From Octopus sinensis (taxonomy: Eukaryota), in contig NW_021828097.1 in NCBI RefSeq assembly GCF_006345805.1, forward strand, positions 1 to 38,402: a stretch of 38,402 nucleotides of DNA, in the 5' to 3' direction. Below are positions 9,999 through 22,450 of this stretch, one piece after another. The notes beneath the pieces were generated by a model. It was not told the origin of the DNA. It made no database searches and worked only from the letters and a program-made list of their open reading frames with translations. The position numbers and the translations under genes were made by a program. The first letter of the stretch is position 1. The number at the start of each line of letters is the position of its first letter.

Positions 9999-10974
9999 AT
10001 ATAATCATACATACTGATATATATACATGAATACATTCATAAATAAACATATCAATTCACATTACTAAGATAGAAATAAAATTGAGGTAATGTAATATCA
10101 GATATAATGACAGAAAATAGACGAGAGTGTCACGCGAAGAACGCCTTTAAACAGAGGTTAGCAATGTAATCGACTGGTCTCCTCCCCACAAATTTCGGGT
10201 CTTGTACCTCCAGTAAAAAGGATTATCTTTTGGACTCATTTGCTTCAGACATCTTTTCTAACGTGGTTGTTATGAACTAGGATATGCATTATTCCCTACC
10301 TTGACACTCTGTCGATTAAGATCCCCGTTGACAGGCCGCTGATATTTATAGAGTGTCAAACACTTTCGGTATGCATATTAGGGACCCCTTCATAGAGTAA
10401 TAGCTGCATTTCTTGAGTATATATACTGTCTGGCTGCTTGTTTCTCTGGAGACTGTCAGAATGATGTAGACGCATCTGATGGAAATCCAACAAGGTTCGA
10501 AAATCGATTAAGGTTGTTCATAATTTTTTTTCCGTCTACGGAAAAATGGCGAAAATTTGCCCTGTTTATAATTATACCGTATGTTACATACATATATATT
10601 AGTCATCATTGATCGGCGGCAGGTCATAAGCCAAATTACATGATGTAGTAAGGAGTGGTGGATTAGCAAACACGGTCATGGAATTTGGCAGCATAATTAC
10701 TGTGTGGGCCAAAATGAATTTCTCTATTTCGAATCTTGTGTTCTGAGTCCAAATTCTAATGTGATCGATATTTTTGCCTTTCGTTTGTCCGGTGTTAATA
10801 AAGTAAAGTCACCAGTCGAGTATTGGTTCCGGCGAAGCTAACTATATCCTCACGTATTACCGCGTATATTTAGAAATAAAAATAATATTATACACTTGGA
10901 ATTCCGGTGATATCTATGAGCTACAAGACCACTGCAATATACTCATCATAATTTTCTTCTGACTTTACTTTCTA

Positions 10975-11108
10975 AATTAAAATGCCGCCGTTGTTTACGT
11001 GGCCTTTCATCCTTCCAGGGTCGATAAAATGAGCACCAGTTGAACACTGGGTAATTGACTTATTCCCCACCCCCGAAATTGCTGGCCTTGTGCCAAAATA
11101 TGAACTCA
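10975..11108 (+). mobile_element. SINE B fragment (third tail variant, AAATTGCTGGCCTTGTGCCAAAA)
   Basis: GCCTTTCATCCTTCCAGGGTCGATAAAATGAGCACCAG core. Confidence 0.7.
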
Positions 11109-11151
11109 CTATATCCAATATATTGAGAGATCCTCTCACATGATGAAAGAC

Positions 11152-11357
11152 ATAAAATCCTCTCTATTATAGGCACAAGGCCTGAAATTTGGAGTGAAGG
11201 GCTAATCAAACACACCGACCCTACCTGGTACTTTATTTATCGACCCCGGAAAGATGAAAGGCAAAGTCGAACTTGGCAGAATTTGAACTCAGATCGTAGC
11301 GACGGGCGAAATACTGCTAAGCATTTAGTCCTAACGATTCTGCCAGCTCGCCGCCTT
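11152..11357 (-). mobile_element. SINE B, near full length
   Basis: GGCACAAGGCCTGAAATTT..GATGAAAGGCAAAGTCG..AACGATTCTGCCAGCTCGCCGCCTT. Confidence 0.85.
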
Positions 11358-12259
11358 ATGTAAGACAGACATACATAATGATTCCTTTCCTTTCCACACA
11401 GTACAAAGTGTCCTTCCTATTTTAGATACACTATATTTTGAAAGAGATTTGGTTTCTATGTCTAGTAGGTCCTGAGATGATGTACAGTATCCTTACCTTA
11501 GTTTGCTTCGTTTCACTTATGGTTTTTGCTTCTGTTGTAAACCTCTCTGAAATCCCAATATACCGCCGTTAAAAAAGATGGACATATTTGGTAATAAAAT
11601 CTGGAATGAAGTATGTTTTTAGAAACGGGTTGGTCTCACCTAAAATATTTTTGATTATAGGCCTACTTGGTCAGGACTGAGCGGGAACAGAACAGCAAAC
11701 AAAATACAGCAATCAAACAAAGAATAAAGAAAAAAAAAAAACAACCATTCAACCAACCGTCTAACCGACCACCCAGGCAAGCAAGGGAACAGCAATAACA
11801 AGGAAAACAATAGCAATAACAACAACAAATGCCATTAACAGTGGTGGAAACAGTAACGGAGGCAATAAAAGTTGCGGATTCTTTACGAGAGAAAGAAATA
11901 AAAAAAAAATTAAAAAATTAGAAAATATGTTAACAAGGAACAAGGTAACTAAGAGAATTCCTAATGAGTTTATAACTACTTCCGGTTTGAACGTAGCGTA
12001 ATGAAGATGAATTAATTATCTTTGCCAGTGAATATTATTTACTACAACACATTTCAAGTGCTCCAATGCACGCTCATACACATACACAGAGGTCAACACT
12101 CCTAAATATATATATTAAACATACAGACATGTACGCATACACACGCACAAACACACACACACACACACACACAGCACTTATAAAAGCCCTGCATTCACTC
12201 ATTTACAAATACACAGAGATCCATTACTTTGTCAGAAGTACATGTATACATTTTCACAT

Positions 12260-12264
<5 letters not shown>

Positions 12265-12314
<50 letters not shown>

Positions 12315-12480
12315 CCGTATATATATATGTATATATATCCATAAATATATATATATATATATATATATAAATAACCATATATGTGTGTGTGTGTGTGTGT
12401 GTAAGTGTTTGTGTATATAAATATATATATAGATGTATGTATGTATGTATGTGTGTATATATATATTATATATATATGTG
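12265..12480. repeat. (TA)n/(TG)n/(TATG)n compound tract
   Basis: Directly visible. Confidence 0.9.
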
Positions 12481-12764
12481 CGTCTGGTGGTACAGTCCAA
12501 CCGTCGACGGTTTATCACCACCGCCGTCTCTACCGTAACCAGTATCACCATCACCGTCGCAACCGCCGCTGCCGCTCCAACAGCGACAGAGACTACCACC
12601 CCTTCTGCTAATTGCAGTAGTTGGCCATTGAGTACTCTAACAGAAGTACTCTCTTTAGCAAGCACCGGATTCAGGTTGCCTGTGTATACATGGCTTCTTC
12701 CTTCCTCTCCTTCCAACCACAAAAATCTTGAAAAATGTCCTAGGAGCTGTCCTTCTCTATATTA

Positions 12765-12789
12765 ATATCTATCTATCTATCTATCTATC

Positions 12790-12880
<91 letters not shown>

Positions 12881-12955
12881 AATCTGTCTGTCTGTCCGTC
12901 TGTCTGTCAGTCTGTCTTCTCTCTATCTGTCTATCTTTATATATATATATATATG
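12765..12955. repeat. (TCTA)n/(TCTG)n tract
   Basis: Directly visible; explains ORF 12728-13171. Confidence 0.92.
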
Positions 12956-12965
12956 ATTGTTAAAA

Positions 12966-13155
12966 ACGTAAAAGCAAGGTATGCATCTCAAGTCATATAC
13001 ATTATTATCATTATTATTATTATTATTATTATTGTTATTATTGAAATATCCCATACTCTGAAGTATCCCAGAAACAGCTGTAAGGCTGAATTGTTTCCAA
13101 TAATAATAATAATAATAATAATGTATGACTTGAGATGTTTGCCTTGCCTTGACGT
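12966..13155. mobile_element. Foldback or MITE-like element whose arms contain (ATT)n/(AAT)n
   Basis: The left arm ACGTAAAAGCAAGGTATGCATCTCAAGTCATATACATTATTAT.. is matched by the reverse complement of the right arm, ACGTCAAGGCAAGGCAAACATCTCAAGTCATACATTATTAT..; the spacer is about 47 nt. Confidence 0.65.
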
Positions 13156-13353
13156 CTGTTGTCCTCTTTAACAAGTATATATCTGCTGCATCGGAAATCT
13201 GCAACGGCTCCATAACTACTGCCTGGGCTACAACCTTGGAGCCCTAGTAATCCGTTACAGCACTTAACTAGCGTACCTAATTGTTGAGATCACCTGTGAA
13301 CTAAACCCCCACACTTTGTATATATAGTATATATAATTTTATATATATATATA

Positions 13354-13389
<36 letters not shown>

Positions 13390-13409
13390 CTTGTTGCACT
13401 CATTAGTCC

Positions 13410-13504
13410 AACAAATCGGAGCAGTACTTAACTTTTGTGAAGTGTGGTATTTATTCCATCAGTCGCTTTTGCCGAACTGCAATATTACGGGGTGGTAACA
13501 AGAT

Positions 13505-13510
<6 letters not shown>
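13410..13510 (-). mobile_element. SINE A right-arm fragment, diverged
   Basis: CTTTTGCCGAACTGC..TTACGGGG matches the reverse complement of the A right arm. Confidence 0.55.
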
Positions 13511-13537
<27 letters not shown>

Positions 13538-14044
13538 TTCTCTGCATGATGATCTGATGATTGGATGCTCGATTTATTCAATGATTATTTGCTTCTATTA
13601 TGGGCTGCACTTCTTCCCTTTTAATTTTCTCCGTCATTTTCCAGACTGTATGAGTTTGCTCTATTCATATATAAATATACAAAGGCAGCAAACTGGCTCT
13701 TTTTTGAGGGGAATTCCCAAATAGTTATATCTAGAGTGAATTCTGAATTTGGAACGCAGTGAGTCGAAACGATTCTCACAGTACATCATGTCTGACGCTC
13801 AAACTGCTCAGCCAATGTGGAAGCCTTAATGTGGAAGCCAACTATCGAAAGGGTTGGAATACAAAGTTCAGCTCAGATGACCTCTAAGCATACATACACA
13901 GTACCACGCAGCTACCCCAGTTCATATCCATACTTATAACTCAAGTTTATTTATCAAAATTCGATATCTGTAGAGAAATGGAAATACGAAGTTTCAGCCA
14001 GTCTGACAATTAAAAAATTATGAAAAAGGTTTTCGTTTGCGTTT

Positions 14045-14200
14045 TTTAATCATTGGGCTGAGGCCATAATAGGGAGCCAGGATGAACGCCTTTTAGTCAA
14101 AGAAATCGACCCCAGTATTTATGCTGTTAATTATTGTATCGGTCTCTATGCGAACCCCTAACGTACGGGGACGTAAACATACCCATACCAGTTTTCAAAC
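14045..14200 (-). mobile_element. SINE A right-arm fragment, diverged
   Basis: CCTTTTAGTC..AAATCGACCCCAG..ATCGGTCTC..ACGGGGACGTAAACA. Confidence 0.65.
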
Positions 14201-14261
14201 GTACTCTCGAAAATACTCACACACACACAAACTCAAAAGTATACACGCATACATATATATA

Positions 14262-14512
14262 TTTGTTTGGTGCATAATTATTGCGGCTTTTTTCAATAAA
14301 TTTTATTCAACAAAAACAATAACAACATTTAACAAAAACATCTTTAAATAATTATTCTGGAGCATATTCACCATCTACTTCAATTACTGCTCCCTATTTG
14401 CTTGGCAGCCGGTCGGAATAATTATTTAAAGATGTTTTTGATAAATGTTGTCATTGTTTTTGTTGAATATAATTTATTGAAGAAAAGCCGCAATAATTAC
14501 GCACCAACCCTA
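14262..14512. mobile_element. Tc1/mariner-derived MITE (251 bp, about 98-bp TIRs, TA target duplication)
   Basis: Arms 14262-14359 and 14414-14512 differ by 8 mismatches and one 1-nt gap in my manual alignment. TA flanks both sides (14260-14261, 14513-14514). The terminus TAGGGTTGGTGCGTAATTATTGCGGCTTTT resembles the Hsmar1/MADE1-type TIR TTAGGTTGGTGCAAAAGTAATTGCGGTTTT as I recall it. Confidence 0.88.
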
Positions 14513-14589
14513 TATGAATCAATGACAGGCTACGGCACAAATTCGCTTACCAAATTCATCATAAGCTACAGTCAGGCCGAAGCGATTGT

Positions 14590-14660
14590 GGAAGAAAGAC
14601 ACTGGCTCAAGATGCCGCGGAATGAGACTGAACCTGAACGCACGTTCCTGTAAGGCGAGA
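14590..14660 (-). mobile_element. SINE A head relic
   Basis: GAAAGACACTGGCTCAAGATGCCGCGGAATGAGACTGAACC resembles the reverse complement of the A head and CORE. Confidence 0.5.
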
Positions 14661-15059
14661 TTCTTACCCTCAAAGCTATATAAATAATAAATAAAACGAA
14701 ATTAAATACCCCGACCGAGCCCACCAAAATTCCTCCACCGTCCCTACAACTACATACGTTGTTATTCATCTTATTGTAGTTACCTATTTATTCGTGATTC
14801 CGAATTAGCTACAGTTTAGTAGAATCCATTAGAGTTATTTATGCCAGCAGAACAGAAGATGGTGTTGTGCTGAAGGGCGGGGTGGGGGGAGGGGCGAAGA
14901 GGTAGAATGTTCTGAGGATTTGGTTCTTTACATCCCCTGTGACACATCGTTTCGCTATTTACCGTTGGTTTGTGTAATTCTTGCTGAACACGATAGCAAT
15001 CTATTGCAGACTTGGGAATTGGTTATCAGGCCCTCCCGTTTACACATGCACTCACACAT

Positions 15060-15182
15060 TCACACTCGCACACACACACACACACATACACCTATACTCA
15101 CATATGTATGTACGTATGTTCATATATAAATTTATATATATATATATATATGTGTGTGAATTTATATACATATGTATATAAA

Positions 15183-15218
<36 letters not shown>

Positions 15219-15560
15219 TATATACATATATATATATATCTACATACATATATATATATACATATATACATACATATGTATGTATATATATATATATGTT
15301 TGTGTGTGTGTTTATATATATATGTATGAATTTATATATATATATATATATATATATAGGTATATATTCAGATACATACACACATATAGTCATTTACGTG
15401 TGTATCCATATACACGCACACATATCGATGTGTATATATATGTGTGTGTATATACACACATACATATATATATGTATATATGTATATGCATGTGTATACA
15501 TATATATATGTATGAGTATGTGAGTGTACAGACACACACACACACACATACATACATACC
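15060..15560. repeat. Compound (CA)/(TA)/(CATA) microsatellite field
   Basis: Directly visible; explains the cluster of ORFs at 14920-15672. Confidence 0.9.
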
Positions 15561-16009
15561 AGTGAATGAGAAGAGATATTTCCCAGGGACGGCTACTGCA
15601 CGGAAAATAATTAGTAAAGTGGGTGCTAACATAAGCTTTCCACGTAGAATGCCAAGATACTTAATTAATTAGAATTACACCCTTAATGACGAGAGAAAAA
15701 CCATTATCCTAATGACTGATCCTATTTTGTACATATTTTACCATATGATATTATACAGTATAACATTATACATACATTGCGAAAACAGCTAAAAATAAAA
15801 GCGTGTAGATTTTGGAGATGTAGGTTCGCGTTCCTCGTGATGCCATTAATTTTTATTCAATATAAGGGGCTTTTTAACCTAATATTTACATCCTATATAC
15901 TTTCTGCTTCATTGGAGATCCACCATTTCCAAAAGGAATTATATGTACGCACGCACACACATACATATATATTGATATGCATGTATGTGTGTGTGTATCC
16001 ATCTATCTG

Positions 16010-16315
16010 TTTATATATAAATAAATAAATTATATATATATATTATATATAATATATATATATATATTATATATATATATATATATAATATAATTCTTTA
16101 CTACCCACAAGGGGCTAAACACAGAGGGGACAAACAAGAACAGATATCGACCCCAGTGCGTAACTGGTACTTAATTTATCAACCCCGAAAGGATGAAAGG
16201 CACAGTCGACCTCGGCGGAATTTGAACTCAGAACGTAACGGCAGACGAAAAACGGCTACGCATTTCGTCCAGCGTGCTAACGTTTCTGCCAACCGCCACC
16301 ATATATAATATATAT

Positions 16316-16357
<42 letters not shown>

Positions 16358-16451
16358 ATATAGATATATATATATATATATTATATATATATTATATATA
16401 TATATATATATATATTATATTATATATTAATATAATATATATATAATATAT

Positions 16452-16482
<31 letters not shown>

Positions 16483-16487
16483 TATAT

Positions 16488-16535
<48 letters not shown>

Positions 16536-16574
16536 TATATATACATACTCATATATATATACATATATATATAT

Positions 16575-16608
<34 letters not shown>

Positions 16609-16614
16609 GATATA

Positions 16615-16661
<47 letters not shown>

Positions 16662-16824
16662 AGTAGTATGTATGTATGTGTGTGTGTGTTGTGTGGCGCT
16701 AGAGAGTCAAATTTTGCCGTTCTCTTTCTTTCTTTCTCACTCTCTCTTACACACCTTATCTGTCTCTTAGTCTCTGTCTTTTTGCCTGTATCTGTATGCA
16801 TACATAATCTTATCTATCTATCTG

Positions 16825-16911
<87 letters not shown>

Positions 16912-16965
16912 GTCTGTCTATCTATCTGTCTGTCTATCTGTATATCTATCTGTATATCTATATAG
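16010..16965. repeat. (TA)n field interrupted by a B1 SINE, then (TCTA)n at 16810-16965
   Basis: Directly visible. Confidence 0.9.
16091..16300 (-). mobile_element. SINE B1 inserted in (TA)n, with a short internal deletion in the tail
   Basis: CCCACAAGGGGCTAAACACAGAGGGGACAAACAAG..GAATTTGAACTCAGAACG..AACGTTTCTGCC. Confidence 0.9.
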
Positions 16966-18627
16966 TATTCACCACTGTACCCGTGTAAAATTCGCACCTG
17001 TATTTTGCATGGACTAATCGTTGTAAGTCTTTTATACCGAAAACTACACGCATGTTGAAATTACGGGATCCATCAATTTTCAAATAACGTTACACATCTA
17101 CTGTTATGAGCGAACTTAAGCATTTAAATGCGTCGCTGTTTTGAATGCAGGAATGAAATAATTTACGAACATTATTATAGATTAGCTGTCACATATTCGG
17201 TGCGCAATTGAAAAGCATATGATAATGTCATAGAAACCATTAAAGAAAATTAAGTACAAGAACGTCATCAAGCCCGTTAAGGTTATGAACAATTAATAAT
17301 CAACTGATAATCAATTATTAATTAATATTAGCAAAATATTACTCTTTACAATTTAAATTCTAGTTGATAGATACGAAATTCTTATCCCTCCTTCTCCTCC
17401 TCACCATGATCATCATCATCGTCGTCGTCATCATCATCACCATGATCATCGTCATCATCACTATCATCATAGATATCAAACAACCTTCTCGTTCCTTCTG
17501 TCATCTCTTTCTTTTCATTTCCCACCCATTTTGCTGCTATATATTCTTGTTTCATATTTCTGTTTTTAGTCGTTTAGATATTCTGCCCACAAACGGTTAC
17601 CTTCTCTCCCTTCCATGCTACTTTTCGTTTCCTATCTTCATAAATACTTTCTTCACTGTATCACTTGAAACATCATCGCAGGCATCCTTCAACCGTTATG
17701 TTACAAGAGACAAGCTCAGTTTTCTTGTTCGCCCAGTTTTGGTCAGTTCGGTTCGGCATGAAGACAACGCTGATGGTCCATATCTGACACACCTTATACT
17801 TCAATGGTTTGTTAACCCCCACATCCAAAGACTATGGCAAAAATGTAGGTTCTGCTTGTAGCAAAGCTTGAGGTGTTTTCGTCAACTTAATTTAGCCTTT
17901 TGTGCAAAGAACTGGCACTGGAGTAATTTTATATTTTGAGCTGCTCTTCGTGTCTTATTCTACCTTTTGTTTAACCGTAGCCGCAAATTTGTTATTGAGG
18001 TGTTTTTGCTGCTCTCCCGAACATTTAATCTCGAGGTTTAGGATTCTCTTACCAGGATTGAGATTAACATAAATTAAAGAGTAAATTATGGCTATAATTT
18101 TACACTTGTGTTGATCCGTGTCTTATGTTTCAAAAACCCCATCTTCTAATGAGCTCCACGGATAAAAGATTCCTTGGGATAAGCTTACCAAAGTTATTAC
18201 CAAAGGTTTTAAATTTCATTGAATAGTAAATGGAATTTATATAAAATAAAAATACGGTAATTTCTTGAGAGCTTTACAATGATGGCATTATATATATCAA
18301 TGTCGAAGTCTAGAGATATGCATAACAAACGATACTTACTTTGAATAGAAATCAACTGTGATTATTAAAATCTACCTCTATGAAATACACTCCCTGTTTA
18401 TTCGTAGATATTAGTTCCATCCTACAAACCCATGGCTACATCAAAGAGAACGGAGCCGCGGGTTATCGTAATTAATCATTCAGTAATTTTACAGTAATTC
18501 TTGTGGAGTTTAACACCATGGCCATGAAATACATCTGTAAACCTTTTAATGGTAAAGATATTGCAGATAAGCATCCGTGGAAGGGTGAGCGCGCTCAATG
18601 TAGAGTATAGGTGGGGGGAAGAGTAAT

Positions 18628-19028
18628 AGGGGGGGATGGCTGTGTGGTAAGTAGCTTTCTAACCAACACATGGTTCCGGGTTCAGTCCACTGCGTGGCAT
18701 CTTGGGCAAGTGTCTTCTGCTATAGCCCGGGGCCGACCAATGCCTGTAAGTGGATTTGGTAGACGGAAACTGAAAGAAGCCTGTCGTATATATGTATATA
18801 TATATATGTGTGTGATGTGTTTGTCCCCTTAGCATTGCTTGACAACCGATGCTGGTGTGTTTAAGTTCCCGTCACCTAGCGGTTCGGCAAAAGAGACCGA
18901 TAGAATAAGTACTGGGCTTACAAAGAATAAGTCCTGGAGGCGATTTGCTCTACTAAAAGGCGGTGCTCCAGCGTGGCCGCAGTCAAATGACTGAAACAAG
19001 TAAAAGAGTAAAAGAGTAAAGAGAGAGT
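18628..19028 (+). mobile_element. SINE family A, full length
   Basis: TGGCTGTGTGG (A box), GGGTTCAGTCC (B box), GTGGCATCTTGGGCAAGTGTCTT (CORE-like), a short internal (TA)(TG), and the tail (GTAAAAGA)n. Confidence 0.93.
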
Positions 19029-19449
19029 ACTAAGAAAAATAAGTGATACCAAAGACGAGCTGCAGTAAGAGAGATCATGGATGGTGGGTATGTCCTGAGG
19101 AGCTCACTGAGTGAAGGGCCCAGTTGTGCTTATATATATAAACACACAGCACTTCGAACTCATTTAAACTGAAGTCAACATCACTTATTAAGAACTGCAT
19201 ATCACCGAATATACATACAAACATATATATAAACACATCTAGACACATCTATTTGTCATAGGAAACCTATAAACCGACTTAATAGGCTGCAATGTATTAC
19301 TGGTACGCATTTTTATTTTGACAAAAAATCGGACGGACTCAAATCGTAGATAAACATCTAAATTCCATTAAAAACTGAAACTTCGCATTCCTGACAATAA
19401 GTATTCCTGCCAGCCACGGTTTCTGCTATTGTTGCACATCTACACATTT

Positions 19450-19600
19450 TAGGGTTGGTGTGTAATCGATTAAATCTACCCACATTAATTACTAGTACTT
19501 AATTGACTCCCCTGAACCTAGAGGATAAATCGTCAGGGCGATGGCTGCGTGAATTGAATGCAGGATGTAAAGGACTGTAATTCAATGACTCAGTGCCTTG
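19450..19600 (-). mobile_element. Old SINE B relic
   Basis: GTAATCGATTAAATCTACC..CTAGTACTTAATTGAC..GAATTGAATGCAGGATGTAAAG, weak similarity only. Confidence 0.4.
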
Positions 19601-21193
19601 TTTCGGTGCTCTGTTGATTCTGTTATCCTGGAAACCTTCGCTATCTACAAAAAGCAAAATGATAGTAACAAACATCATTTATACAGTTTAAAAGAAAGAT
19701 TGTTAACCGTCCATTAAGCTTTCTTCTTTCTTACTAGCACCAAGTCAGAAGCATAGCTATAACAAGCAAAATAATTATTTATAAGTAAACAGTATAGAGG
19801 TCCAGCTGAAAAAAAAAATACCAGAATAGAAATATTATTTTGATGTTAAAGAAGCGTACACACAAGAAAGAGAAGCAAAATTTCAAGAGGAAAGAATTAG
19901 AAATCGAAGATTTCCAATGGATACACTATAAATAGGAAAAAAAAAAACAAGACAAAATAAAAAATGTAAAATTCTATTTTTTTTTTATCGCTGATGACGT
20001 ATGAGACAGAACGACAAGAAAAAAAGGAAAAGAAAATCCCTGAGAAATTGCTTTTAGTAATATTTACCATTCTGCTTTACTCTCGTTGTTTCATTTGTTT
20101 ACCGTTTTTTTAAAAAGAAATTACTATTCTATTATTAAACTTATTTTTTCTTCATTTTCTTGACGTCCGTCAGAAGGCGCTGCAGTCTATAACAATCATC
20201 CGCTAAAGTGATTGACATAAAAATAAAGAAGACAAAATTTCCTCCAGATTGAACTTAGGTTGAGGCATTTTATTTTATTAACCAGAACACTTGCTGATTT
20301 TTTTACGAAGTATTTTTTGTCATAAGGTATCCCTTTGGACATCAATTTGAGCTGATTTCAGATACATCTCATATAAACTGAATACACACGACCTTAGAGG
20401 ATATCTAGAGTCACATAAAACATTTTTTTCGATCACTTGCGTAAAATCATTATGTTTTATCACAAACTGTGTTGCGTGAAACCATTCCAATTCACTTCGT
20501 AACTCCACGATTCTTATTCTTCCTTCGATTTCAATACTTAGCTAACACAGTTATATTGAGATACTGTTTTTGAGGTTATCGTCAGAGGGTATGATAACTC
20601 CAAAACTTCACAGCTAGCTAGCCATTTTATCTACTTGGGAAGAATTCTAGATTATTGAGGGATCTGATACAAATTCAGAACTTATAAAAATAGGTTCTTT
20701 GATTTGCTTGAGTCCATCCTTTTCTACTCCTGATCATCGCCAATTTCTCCCGGAAAGAGCAGCCAAGAGAAAAATGAAAAAGAAAAGAGAAAAGAAACTA
20801 TGCTAGTACATGGCTATATTTACCGCCATCGCCATCTACGACAAATAGATCCCAGCGCTTCCTGACCTTAGACGACAGAGAAGAGGCACGAATAATCGCA
20901 AGGCATTTTATTTGACTCGTTTGAGCGAGTTTGTCACCCTCGTGCAAGACTATTTCAAATACTGTATCCGGTCAATCTTTATTTATAACAGTGGAAGTGG
21001 TGATGGTGAGGAGAAATTTTATTACAGTGAAATATAAAAGAGGGAAGCAGAAACTAAGAAAAAAAAGGGGAAAATTAACAGAACTGGGTCAAAAGGGAAA
21101 AAAGGGGCAAGGAAGAGGCTATGTGCGAAAGAGGCAAAGGAGAAAGTACACTCTACAGGAGAAATTGAATTTTTAATACTTTATATCCAGCTC

Positions 21194-21410
21194 AAGGCGA
21201 CGAACTGGCGGAAACGATAGCGTTCACAACAAAATTCATAGCAGCCTTTCATTCGGCTTTACGTTATGAGTTCGAATGTGCTGAAAGCGAATTTGCCTTT
21301 TTATCCCTTCGTGGTTGATAAAATAAGTACTAATTGCGCACTGGGTCCGATATAATCAACTTGCTCTTTCCCACCAATTCCCAGACCTTTTGTCTATAAT
21401 AGAAAGAATT
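21194..21410 (+). mobile_element. Old SINE B, full length and diverged
   Basis: AAGGCGACGAACTGGCGGAAACGATAG..GAGTTCGAAT..GATAAAATAAGTAC..ATAATAGAAAGAATT. Confidence 0.75.
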
Positions 21411-21790
21411 TTTACTCCACCTCTCTTTCCAATATCGCTCCCTACAATTTTGGGGAGGGTCGTGGATGTTGAGTCCCCAAGTACCTCCCCCATCTTACAG
21501 TTTCCATCCGGATTCCCAACTGAGACTACACATTATCCAACTCTCTGGTTCTTAGTCCACACCTAGTTTTTCTGCCGGTTGGCTCGGCTCAAAGAAACTA
21601 TTTTGTGATCTTTTCCTTCGGCATAGAATTACATGTCCGTAATACCGAAAATTTTTCAATTAATTCTAAATATTCTATTTTAGTCTTCTAATCTTACTTG
21701 AGAGTAATCGATAGTAGGCAATGGGGTACAAAGAATCGGTGAACCGTAGAGTTTGGGAGAAAATGAATTCCATTCGTGCGTTAATTGCAT

Positions 21791-22052
21791 AGTGGAGGCG
21801 CAATGGCCCAGTGGTTAGGACAGCGGACTCGCGGTTTCGATTCCCAGACCGGGCGTTGTGTGTGTTTACTGAGCGAAAACACCTAATGCTCCACGAGGCC
21901 CCCAACTTTCTATCACTCTTTCTTCCTGTTTCTTGAGTAACGCTTCGATGGACTGGCGTCCCGGCCAGCTGGGGGTGGAGAACACATATGCTACAGATAC
22001 CGGGAAACCGGGCCCATGAGCTTGGCTAGGCTTGAAAAGGGCGCATAAAAAA
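21791..22052 (+). mobile_element. SINE family C with near-perfect 10-bp target duplication
   Basis: TGGCCCAGTGGTTAG (A box), GGTTTCGATTCCC (B box); flanks TTAATTGCAT (21781-21790) and TTGATTGCAT (22053-22062). GATGGACTGGCGTCCC resembles V-SINE 3' regions as I recall them. Confidence 0.85.
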
Positions 22053-22299
22053 TTGATTGCATCCCTTTAAGTTTTCTCTCCGAACCCTACCGGGTATCGT
22101 AGTGCTGAAGCGATTCTTCTGAGTTTGATGGAGTAAATACCAGTTTAATATTAGAGGTCGATGTAACATACGATACATCTTCACTCCAATGATGTAGCAT
22201 TGTATCTACGCGAGAAAATCAATATTTATCCAAATATTTCTTGATATGAAGAAACATGTTGCTTTGCTGTATCAATACTGATGTTTGAAATACACATTT

Positions 22300-22388
22300 A
22301 TTGCAACTAAAATATCTATCTGTATGCCTGTATATTTATCTATCTATCTATCTGTCTGTCTATTTGTACATCTCATAACATCTTATAT

Positions 22389-22450
<62 letters not shown>

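Noticed and set aside
10476-10515. Hammerhead-like CTGATGG..GTTC-GAAA-ATCGAT-TA with palindromic AATCGATT
   Set aside because: A9 is missing or mutated and helix I does not pair. It could be a dead relic but cannot be supported as a ribozyme.
12490-12750. Thr/Ala-rich open frame (ORF 12433-12765) resembling a mucin-like exon
   Set aside because: It is explained by a degenerate ACC/GCC trinucleotide tract that is open in several frames, and I see no convincing splice sites.
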